Origin: Bacillota bacterium
GTDB taxonomy: Bacteria; Bacillota; UBA5301
Reading direction: 5' to 3'
Assembly (NCBI GenBank): GCA_012735535.1
Contig: JAAYHC010000050.1
Location: 1 to 62,295, forward strand
DNA length: 62,295 nucleotides
Shown: positions 37,072 to 44,937 of the stretch, one piece after another
Position numbering within the stretch: the first letter of the stretch is position 1
Layout of the letters: every line of letters begins with the position of its first letter
Notes under the pieces: model-generated
Told to the model about the DNA's origin: nothing
The model's database searches: none
The model's input: only the letters and a program-made list of their open reading frames with translations
Position numbers and translations under genes: made by a program

Positions 37072-38166
37072 TTGCCGCACCCAGGATGGCTGCCCAACAA
37101 ACTGATTTACCTCGAATTACCCGGCCGCGGTCGAGTGCAGAGCCGGGTTCTCGGTCTGGCCGATAAAGTCTTGATTCTGTTGGCACCGGCGGTAGAGGGA
37201 AAAACAATTTGGCCCAATCCCGGCACCGCCCTCACCGTAGTTTTATCTGGCCCAACCGGGGAGATCAGCGTCAGCGGAACGATTGTGGACCGCAAACTCA
37301 AACCGTTTCCCCTGTTATACTTGGCTGTAGACGAAGATATACCTTTTATTGCCGCGGTTGCCGCCCGGCCTAGAAAGATCATCGCCATCGCCAGCGGTAA
37401 AGGCGGTACAGGCAAGACCTTTTTCTGCCTCAACTTAGGTTGGCAACTGGCTACCATGAATCGCCAAGCCATCCTGGTCGACTTGGACCTGGGCACCGCC
37501 AACTTGGCTGCCGCGCTTGGCTTGCACCCCAACCTCGATTTATCCGCGGTTATTTTGCGCAACAAAGAGTTCACCGAGATCCTCTATCCCATCTCGAGCG
37601 GGCTAACCATTATCCCCGGTGCGGCGCGCAATAAGGACTTTGCCGACCTGTCGACTTGGCAACTGCAGCGTCTAGCTGCCGGACTCGGCAGCCTGGAGCC
37701 GCTCTGTGATCACTTGATTTTAGATACCAGCGCCGGGCTTTCGGCCAATACTACGACCTTCTTATACTGCGCCGATTATGTAGTCTTAGTAATCAACGAC
37801 ACGCCCACGTCGATCATTGATGCCTATGGATTAATCAAAGCGATGGCTAGCCAGTTTTGGGTTCCCCCGGCGGGTATAATCATTAATCGGGCCAGTAATC
37901 AAAGTGAGGCTGCCGAGTATGCCGGCCGCTTTATCCACACCGCCAAAGAGTTTCTCGGGGTTACCCTCGATTATCTGGGAGCCATCCCCGAAGACAATTC
38001 GGCTACCCAGAGTCTCAAAGCCACCCGACCAATGTTGGCCCTCTATCCCTGGGCACCGGCCAGCGAGAGCATCAAAACAATTAGTGCACGCTTGCTGGAA
38101 AAATTAACGTCGCCACAGCCCAAACAGATCCTTTCCGCCAACGCCAATTATGTCCAAAGCCTGTAA
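37072..38166 (+). CDS. FlhG/MinD-type ATPase with N-terminal YcgR-N (PilZN)-like domain
   Basis: IASGKGGTGKT, DLDLGTANL, LDTSAGL, DAYGLIK; N-terminal SRVLG....LILLAP..EGK....PG..LTV beta-barrel pattern. Confidence 0.78.
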   Translation: MPHPGWLPNKLIYLELPGRGRVQSRVLGLADKVLILLAPAVEGKTIWPNPGTALTVVLSGPTGEISVSGTIVDRKLKPFPLLYLAVDEDIPFIAAVAARPRKIIAIASGKGGTGKTFFCLNLGWQLATMNRQAILVDLDLGTANLAAALGLHPNLDLSAVILRNKEFTEILYPISSGLTIIPGAARNKDFADLSTWQLQRLAAGLGSLEPLCDHLILDTSAGLSANTTTFLYCADYVVLVINDTPTSIIDAYGLIKAMASQFWVPPAGIIINRASNQSEAAEYAGRFIHTAKEFLGVTLDYLGAIPEDNSATQSLKATRPMLALYPWAPASESIKTISARLLEKLTSPQPKQILSANANYVQSL

Positions 38167-38188
38167 TCGCTAACGGAGGCGCGATAAT

Positions 38189-38610
38189 ATGAATAGAATC
38201 GATGTACGGTTCGCTACCAAGAGACCGATGCCATGGGAGTAGTCTATCATGCCAACTACTTTGTCTGGTTTGAGCTGGGGCGTACCGAGCTGATGCGCGC
38301 GGCAGGTTTCGCCTATACGCGCGTGGAGGCCGACGGTTTCCGGCTTCCGGTTCACGAAGTTAAGTGTCATTACCACCGACCGGCCAAATATGATGACTTA
38401 GTCACGGTAGAAACGGTGATCACTCACCTCTCCCCGGCCCGCATTGACTTCGCTTACCGCATCACCCGTGACGGTGAGCTTCTAGCCACCGGTGAAACCG
38501 TTCACCCGATCACCGACAACCAGGGGCGTCCAATTAACCTGAAGAAAAAAGCGCCCGAGCTCTGGGCAGCCTTGAGCGCTGCCGTGACAATCCAACCAAA
38601 GGAGAGTTGA
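38189..38610 (+). pseudogene. YbgC/FadM acyl-CoA thioesterase with a -1 frameshift near codon 7
   Basis: ATG 38189 (SD GGAGG) reads MNRIDVR, then the frame changes at G38209 to VRYQETDAMGVVYHANY; the second frame has TAG at 38194 and no start before the catalytic motif. Confidence 0.8.
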
Positions 38611-39116
38611 AGATGTTCCGAAAGATTGACTATACGGAACGGATGAGTGAGGCAATCACAGCCTTGGCCCAAAGCGGCGCATTTTTAACCGTTGCCGCAA
38701 ACGGAAAGGTCAATACGATGACGATCGGGTGGGGCACCATCGGATATATCTGGGGCAGACCGATTATGATGGTGCTGGTGCGTCCGTCGCGGTATACCTT
38801 TGGCCTGTTGAAAGCGGCCGGCGAATTCACGGTGAGTATTCCCTTATCCGGATTAGCAGAAGAGTTGAAAGTCTGTGGCAGTAAGTCCGGGCGGACGCTT
38901 GACAAGCTTGCCCTGACGGGTCTGGCTACCGTAAAAGGGCAGACCGTTTCCGCGCCGGTGATCGCCGACTGTGACCTCTACTACGAGTGCAAAGTCGTTT
39001 ACCAGACCCAGCTGGATCCGACCATGTTGGCCGATACCTGTCAAAAATGGTATCCCCAAGACGACTACCATACCCTCTTTTTCGGCGAGATCACCGCGTG
39101 TTACGCCAAAGAATAG
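38607..39116 (+). CDS. flavin reductase-like FMN-binding protein
   Basis: NTMTIGWG, VRPSRYT, CGSKSGR..DKL, DYHTLFFGEI. Confidence 0.88.
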   Translation: MKMFRKIDYTERMSEAITALAQSGAFLTVAANGKVNTMTIGWGTIGYIWGRPIMMVLVRPSRYTFGLLKAAGEFTVSIPLSGLAEELKVCGSKSGRTLDKLALTGLATVKGQTVSAPVIADCDLYYECKVVYQTQLDPTMLADTCQKWYPQDDYHTLFFGEITACYAKE

Positions 39117-39132
39117 CCTTTCTTGCCGTCAC

Positions 39133-39897
39133 TTACAAGTAGTCCAGCACCAACTTGGAAAAGATACCAACCAAAACCAAAGCAAAGACCGGCTTGATCA
39201 CCACCGAACCACGCTTAATCGCCAGGTTCGAACCGACGAGATTGCCGCAGATATTGGCTGCCGCCATCGGCAGGGCCACCGCCCAAGCGATGTTTCGGGT
39301 AAAAGCAAAAGCCACGATGGCCGCAAAATTACTCGCAAGATTGGATAGTTTAGCATTAGCCGTGCCCTGCACAAAATTGAACCCCAAGAAAAATACGAAG
39401 GAAAAAGCCAAAAAGGTACCGGTTCCCGGCCCAAAGAAGCCATCATAAAAGCCGATCGCCGTACCGATGGCTAAAGCCTTGAGATTGGACGCCACCGAGC
39501 GATCGGCGACAAAATGGCTGTCACGCCCAAAATCCCGGCGCGTAAAAGTGATTATCGCCACGATCACGATCAGCGGCAAAATGATCACCGTCAACTTGTC
39601 CGCCGGTATTTTTAAGACGGCCCTCGCTCCGGTATATGAGCCGATCAACGAACCGACCGCACCCAGAACCGCGATCGGCAAGTACATATGCCCGCTCTTG
39701 AGATAACGCCACGTGCTAAACAGCGTACCTGAAAAGCTCTGTACTTTGTTGGTGCCGAGCGCCAAATGCGGCGGTACCCCACAAGCAAACAATAGCGGCA
39801 GAGAGATCAATCCGCCGCCGCCGGCCATCGAATCAATCAACCCGGCAAAGAAAGCTCCGGCTACCAATGTTGCCAATATACCCAAACTTAGTTCCAC
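39133..39897 (-). CDS. TSUP (TauE/SafE) family transporter
   Basis: AGLIDSMAGGGGLISLP, ALGTNK, GFYDGFFGPGTG. Confidence 0.92.
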   Translation of the reverse strand: MELSLGILATLVAGAFFAGLIDSMAGGGGLISLPLLFACGVPPHLALGTNKVQSFSGTLFSTWRYLKSGHMYLPIAVLGAVGSLIGSYTGARAVLKIPADKLTVIILPLIVIVAIITFTRRDFGRDSHFVADRSVASNLKALAIGTAIGFYDGFFGPGTGTFLAFSFVFFLGFNFVQGTANAKLSNLASNFAAIVAFAFTRNIAWAVALPMAAANICGNLVGSNLAIKRGSVVIKPVFALVLVGIFSKLVLDYL

Positions 39898-39946
39898 GCA
39901 TCCTCAGCCAACTTTCATAAAAATAATACCGGATGTTTCTACGCGC

Positions 39947-39975
39947 ACACCCTTCTCACCTGTCCCAATATACTA
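39947..39975 (+). promoter_or_regulatory. putative sigma-K promoter of the crystallin-domain gene
   Basis: ACA-N17-aATAtacTA. Confidence 0.4.
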
Positions 39976-40023
39976 GTACAGAGAGAACAATCTCTTGTTA
40001 GTCTGTACTAGTAGGAGGGTGCA

Positions 40024-40815
40024 ATGCAAATGGCCACTGTACGGTTGATTGTCAACCTCTTTGATGATATAAACTTCTCAGGTTCCTTTCGGACCCTCGT
40101 TTCCGACCTGAATGATTTCCGGCTTATTGAGTTTAACGATCGTACCTCTTCGGTCCAAGTAATCCAAGGTCCAAATTTCCAACCCGGTGATGCCGCCAGG
40201 CTATGTGACAACATCAATTTCGGCGGAGCCTCAATTACCTTGCCGCCCGGAAACTATCCGGACTTGCGCCAGTTCAACTTCAACGATCTCGCCTCTTCGC
40301 TGCGCATCGTCGGGACCACACCGCCCCCGGACAATGTCATCGCCGAAGACTTCCAGCGCGAGACCTTACAATTTAACCTACGGGTTATTCCGCCGGCCGG
40401 TGCAACCCTGGTCTCGGTAAACCAAAACCGGATTCTGAATCCGACCTGCTCCGGTAGTTTTGTTGGCGATACCGGAGTCATCATCAACGGTTCGTTCATC
40501 GACGAACTCATCGTCACCATCAACCAGGGCGGTATCAATCGGCAAGCGACCGGGCAAGCGACCATCACCTTTAGCAAGCAGCTGAACTTCCCGCAGATTG
40601 CCGGTTTGAACAAGAATAACTTGCGGATCAACTGCACAATCAGCAATGTTTCGCAGAACTTCACCGTTTCCGGTAATGTTGTCACCAAGACCGTTCAGTT
40701 TGACCTCAGAACGCAAGTCATTCGTTTGTTAACCGGTAGCGGAGTAGAAACAGCCGAAGTGTTAGCCGATGAACTTGGACCCCAGATCAACGAGCATATC
40801 GTCGAGGTTGAATAA
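40024..40815 (+). CDS. beta/gamma-crystallin domain fused to a SPOCS (DUF3794)-like domain; probable spore coat protein
   Basis: Two Greek-key motifs (LFDDINFSG..FNDRTSSV; LCDNINFGG..FNDLASSL); beta-rich C-terminal domain with VIING.F..E, ITFSKQLNFP; no signal peptide. Confidence 0.7.
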   Translation: MQMATVRLIVNLFDDINFSGSFRTLVSDLNDFRLIEFNDRTSSVQVIQGPNFQPGDAARLCDNINFGGASITLPPGNYPDLRQFNFNDLASSLRIVGTTPPPDNVIAEDFQRETLQFNLRVIPPAGATLVSVNQNRILNPTCSGSFVGDTGVIINGSFIDELIVTINQGGINRQATGQATITFSKQLNFPQIAGLNKNNLRINCTISNVSQNFTVSGNVVTKTVQFDLRTQVIRLLTGSGVETAEVLADELGPQINEHIVEVE

Positions 40816-40820
40816 ACAAG

Positions 40821-40852
40821 CGCCCCTCGCACTTACCAAGCGAGGGGCGTTT
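40821..40852. terminator. bidirectional terminator
   Basis: CGCCCCTCGC-N9-GCGAGGGGCG-TTT between convergent genes. Confidence 0.75.
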
Positions 40853-40864
40853 ACAATTGCACCG

Positions 40865-41395
40865 TTAATAACGGAACAATTTGATCGGTGGTGGATACTC
40901 CTGATCAAATAATTCGACCGTCGCGCGGATAATGCGCTGATCTTCATACGGCCGGTCGCGATAATCGCGCGGAGCCGCGGCGATTTGGTCGGCGACCTCC
41001 ATTCCCTCGATCACTTTGCCAAAGGCCGCATACTGCCCGTCTAAGTGCGGCGCGTCACCAACCATGATGAAAAACTGTGACCCGGCGGAGTCCGGTGCCC
41101 CGCTTCGCGCCATCGACACCACCCCGCGGGTGTGCTTAAGATCATTTTGTCCAAAACCGTTCGCCGCGAACTCGCCGGCAATCGTATAACCGGGACCGCC
41201 GGTTCCCATGCCCCACGGATCGCCGCCCTGGATCATAAAGCCGGGTATAACCCGATGAAAGATTAGGCCGTCATAGAAACCATCCTTCACCAAGGCAATA
41301 AAATTGTTGACGGTATTGGGAGCCTTGTCCGGATACAATTCGATCTTAATCGTGCCGGCCTCTAACTCCAAGGTCACTATCGGGTTACTACTCAT
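40865..41395 (-). CDS. ppiB: cyclophilin-type peptidyl-prolyl isomerase
   Basis: APNTVNNF, FHRVIPGFMIQGGDP, SMAR, SAGSQFFI, LDGQYAAFGKV. Confidence 0.95.
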   Translation of the reverse strand: MSSNPIVTLELEAGTIKIELYPDKAPNTVNNFIALVKDGFYDGLIFHRVIPGFMIQGGDPWGMGTGGPGYTIAGEFAANGFGQNDLKHTRGVVSMARSGAPDSAGSQFFIMVGDAPHLDGQYAAFGKVIEGMEVADQIAAAPRDYRDRPYEDQRIIRATVELFDQEYPPPIKLFRY

Positions 41396-42612
41396 CGCGA
41401 TACCTCCAAACCAACATTTCTCAACGGCAACCAAAAAACACGTTGCACGGAAATCTCTTGGGCGTTCTTGCCTTTGCCCGGCCCATACAGTAAAGTCTCA
41501 GCACTTTTCCAACCTTGGGGCGCAAAACTACGCGAGACGCTCTTCTCCACCAGTGCCTCTCGGTTTGTTTCTAAATCGAAGAGGACCACTCCGACACTTT
41601 GGATGCCGTGCAGGTGCGAGAAAAAAAACTCCTGCACCGCTAAGTACCGTCCATCCGGTGACCAATGCGCCTGTGCGCCAAAGAGTCGTTCCTTAAAGAA
41701 GTGAGAGGATTCGATGAACAAACGGTACAAGCGATTGCCCAAACGATCTTCACCCGCCAGGATCAGGGTCGCTTTCTGCCGGCCATCCGCCGAATATGCT
41801 TCGAGATCACCACGACTGTGCCTGCTGCCTACCGCTCTCTGCAATTCGATGATCCGGCCGCTAGCCGAGGCAAGCTTGCACAAAAAGCCGGACCAGGTAT
41901 AACCAATAATCTCTCCCTCACTGAATTCCACTCTTACGAAGCTATCCGGCACACCTTTGCCGGTCGGCAATTCGCCTCGCCATTTAATTTCACCGTGGTA
42001 ATCAAGGCTCACAAGATTATACAACCGGTTCTGCACCACCGCCTCATTGGACAAGAGAACATAGATGGACTGGTGCAACTCGTCAAGGATAGCATTGGAG
42101 ATCCAGTGGTGTAGGCGAATATGGCGAACCTGCCCTTGGGTGTAATAGATCAAGGTGTCGGCCACGACAAAAATCTGCGTCTCGGCGGCAGCAAAGCGCA
42201 ACGACAGGTTCTTGACGAGCGCGTGCGTTCTCTCGGCCTGTCCGGAACGCCCAACTGCAAAGGTGATCGTCTTCTCCTGGCCGCCGCTAACATAACACAG
42301 CTCGGCAAATCTGGCGCTAGGCGCGAACCAATTAACCTTTTTCGGCGGCAATAAGTAAAAATGTTTAATCTCCCACCACGGTACGGAAACTATCTCGTCC
42401 AAGGAAAAGAAATTAAAGGCGATTAGCAACAAACGGTGAGACGTGAGCGCCAACAGAGCGGATCTGGGAAACAATCCGCCCGCTAGGGTCGCAAAATCGA
42501 GAAACAGCAAATCCTCATTCGCCGCCAAACGTTGCTCTAGGAGCTGCTGCAGTTCGGTCGTAATCCCTTTCTTGTTTTTTGCGGTAAAAGTCAAAATCCC
42601 ATCGGTTTTCAA
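41392..42612 (-). CDS. three-domain hypothetical protein (bacterial PH-like N-terminus plus two beta-rich domains)
   Basis: 406-aa ORF with SD AAGGGGG; LALTSHRLL (bPH-like); NLVSLDYHGEIKW..YTWSGF; HWSPDGRYLAVQ. Confidence 0.6.
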   Translation of the reverse strand: MKTDGILTFTAKNKKGITTELQQLLEQRLAANEDLLFLDFATLAGGLFPRSALLALTSHRLLLIAFNFFSLDEIVSVPWWEIKHFYLLPPKKVNWFAPSARFAELCYVSGGQEKTITFAVGRSGQAERTHALVKNLSLRFAAAETQIFVVADTLIYYTQGQVRHIRLHHWISNAILDELHQSIYVLLSNEAVVQNRLYNLVSLDYHGEIKWRGELPTGKGVPDSFVRVEFSEGEIIGYTWSGFLCKLASASGRIIELQRAVGSRHSRGDLEAYSADGRQKATLILAGEDRLGNRLYRLFIESSHFFKERLFGAQAHWSPDGRYLAVQEFFFSHLHGIQSVGVVLFDLETNREALVEKSVSRSFAPQGWKSAETLLYGPGKGKNAQEISVQRVFWLPLRNVGLEVSR

Positions 42613-42674
42613 GATCGATCCCCCTTCTGAGTACTTCCGTTAGATCGCATAAATTCCTCCCCGATGAAATTTTC

Positions 42675-42702
42675 TTGTAATTTCCGATTTACGTGATATG
42701 AT
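42675..42702 (+). promoter_or_regulatory. sigma-A promoter of the zinc-ribbon gene
   Basis: TTGTAA-N16-TATGAT with TGn extension. Confidence 0.55.
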
Positions 42703-42754
42703 TAGGTTATAGTCTTAGCAGAGATGCTCTGCTCATCTTAAGGAGGTTACCCGA

Positions 42755-43042
42755 GTGTACCAAGACAAAACACTGGTCTGCAGGGACTGCGGTTCCGAGT
42801 TCACCTTCACTGCAGGCGAACAGGAGTTCTATGCAGCCAAAGGATTTGAGAATGAACCGAGCCGCTGTCCTGAGTGCCGCGCGGCACGCAAGGCCAGCAA
42901 GAACAATGGCTCAAACGGCGCGAGAACCAGAAAGTTATATGATGCCGTTTGTGCCGAGTGTGGGGCGGAGACCCAAGTTCCGTTTGAGCCTACGGCCGGT
43001 CGTCCGGTCTATTGCCGGGAGTGTTTCTCCAACATCCGGTAA
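42755..43042 (+). CDS. zf-trcl plus CxxC-x17-CxxC zinc-ribbon protein
   Basis: DKTLVCRDCG.EF.FTAGEQEFY..KGF.NEP.RCPECR; VCAECG..VPFEP..GRPVYCRECF; SD AAGGAGG. Confidence 0.92.
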   Translation: MYQDKTLVCRDCGSEFTFTAGEQEFYAAKGFENEPSRCPECRAARKASKNNGSNGARTRKLYDAVCAECGAETQVPFEPTAGRPVYCRECFSNIR

Positions 43043-43070
43043 ATGCATTTTCAACCGAATACGCCTTTCC

Positions 43071-43096
43071 GACGGAGTCTAACTCCGTCTTTTTTT
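43071..43096 (+). terminator. intrinsic terminator
   Basis: GACGGAGT-CTA-ACTCCGTC-TTTTTTT. Confidence 0.85.
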
Positions 43097-43170
43097 GTTC
43101 AGCCTAATCAGCAAGGAAAAGAATGGGCTAACGCCGAATTTGAATGCATACTTATTCTTGAGGTGATACC

Positions 43171-44031
43171 ATGGTCAAGCCGTCCCGGATCGTTACGGAA
43201 AGTACCTCTGATCTCCCGGCCGAGTTAATCCAGGAATACAACATTGCGGTGATCCCAATGTCGCTGGAGATTGAGGGGGAGACCTTTGTTGATGGAGTAA
43301 CCATTACCCCGGATGAGCTGTATCAGCGGATGCGCACCGAAAAGATCAGCCCCAAGACTGCGCAGGTGACCCCGGCCCAGTATCTGGAACGTTTCCGCCA
43401 GATTCGCCAAGAAGGTGCGACTCCGGTATACATCGGCTTTTCGAGTAAACTCAGCGGCTCTTATCAGAGTGCGGTGGTGGCGGCCGGCGAATTTGCCCCC
43501 GGAGAAGTCTTCGTTCTCGACACCAAGGCCGCCAGTCTAGGCGAAGGATTACTCGTTCTCGAGGCCGCCAAAATGGCGCAAAGCGGCCTGCCACCGGCGG
43601 AGATCATCGAACAAACGGCCGCCAAAGCCAAGCGGATGGAGCACTTGGTCATCGTCGATACCTTGGAGTACCTAGCCAGAGGCGGACGGATCAGTACGAC
43701 CAAAGCCTTTCTCGGCAACGTGCTGAACTTAAAACCCTTAATCCATGTCGTTGATGGAGCGCTTATCCCCTTCGAAAATGCCCGGACGCGCAAAAAAGGA
43801 TTAAAACGGCTTGTCGAGTTGATGCAAGAGCGGGGTTATGATTTGGCCAACCCGATCGTCGGAATTAGTCATGCCGACAATTTAGAGACGGCAGAAGAAT
43901 TAAAACAGATGATTATTGAACAGTTCGGAACACAAGATTTTATTATCTCCTCGATTGGCGCCACCATCGGAGCCCATACCGGACCCGGCACCGTAGCCCT
44001 CTTCTTCTACAACTCTACCAAAGACAGTTAA
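43171..44031 (+). CDS. degV: DegV-family fatty-acid-binding protein
   Basis: IVTESTSDLP, KTAQVTP, FSSKLSGSYQSA, YLARGGRI, IGAHTGPGT. Confidence 0.94.
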   Translation: MVKPSRIVTESTSDLPAELIQEYNIAVIPMSLEIEGETFVDGVTITPDELYQRMRTEKISPKTAQVTPAQYLERFRQIRQEGATPVYIGFSSKLSGSYQSAVVAAGEFAPGEVFVLDTKAASLGEGLLVLEAAKMAQSGLPPAEIIEQTAAKAKRMEHLVIVDTLEYLARGGRISTTKAFLGNVLNLKPLIHVVDGALIPFENARTRKKGLKRLVELMQERGYDLANPIVGISHADNLETAEELKQMIIEQFGTQDFIISSIGATIGAHTGPGTVALFFYNSTKDS

Positions 44032-44831
44032 GCCTTTTTCGCGGTTGCCATTTGCCAGAACCCGATATCTTCAAAACCTAAACGATGGTAGAGGCTTCCG
44101 GCATCAGGGTTTTCATAAAACAGGCACAAGCTTTTCCCTTCACTGAGCAAGTCCCGGCATAACCTGTAGAGACACGCGGTGGCCATACCCCTACGCCGAT
44201 ATTGTGGGGCCGTGGCCACCCCTACGATCATTGCTGCCGCCGAATACTCGGCGGTGGTTTGGGCCGTCGCGGCGATCTGGCCATCAACCTCGATAAAGTA
44301 TACCCGCCCTGCTCCTTGGGTGATCCCTTGTTCCAACATCTTGCGTACCACCGTTTTGGACTCGGAAAAGACCTGTGAGCGTAAGAGCGCTATCCGACCC
44401 AAGTCGGCCAGAGTAGCCACATTGACCTGCCACGCGGCCGCTTTAGCCGGCAAGAGGTGCAGCTTCAAACTTCGTAGCCTGGCAAAACGCATGATTTTGC
44501 CGCTATCCAGGCAGTCCAGATAGGGCAGAATCTTGCTAACAACCTCATGCTTGCCGGAGAGCGAGCGCATGAACCCCGCCCGCTCCGCGAGAAACTCCGC
44601 GATCTCCGCCACAGCAAAATCAGCTTGGGCATAAACCAGAAAGGAGCCAAAATAGCGCAGTATCACCGCCAAGATCGCGCCATCGGCGCCGAATTGCGCC
44701 CAAAGATCAAGAAAGTCATTGTCCAAACCATGATTGGCCAGATCACCCAGGAAAAAAAGGTTGAACTCAGGTTCCCGGTTTAGGTATTCTTCGACCCTGA
44801 CACGTTCGCGTGGCCCAATCTTCACGATCAT
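44028..44831 (-). CDS. GNAT-family N-acetyltransferase
   Basis: IVGVATAPQYRRRGMA, LFYENPDAGSLYHRLGF. Confidence 0.9.
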   Translation of the reverse strand: MIVKIGPRERVRVEEYLNREPEFNLFFLGDLANHGLDNDFLDLWAQFGADGAILAVILRYFGSFLVYAQADFAVAEIAEFLAERAGFMRSLSGKHEVVSKILPYLDCLDSGKIMRFARLRSLKLHLLPAKAAAWQVNVATLADLGRIALLRSQVFSESKTVVRKMLEQGITQGAGRVYFIEVDGQIAATAQTTAEYSAAAMIVGVATAPQYRRRGMATACLYRLCRDLLSEGKSLCLFYENPDAGSLYHRLGFEDIGFWQMATAKKA

Positions 44832-44937
44832 TACTCCGACCTACCATTTCGCATCCCTTATCAACGATCTTTCCAAAACCCAACTTGTGTTCCTGCCTTC
44901 CCGAAGGTCCAATTATCACCCTGGCAGAAGAATCTGA

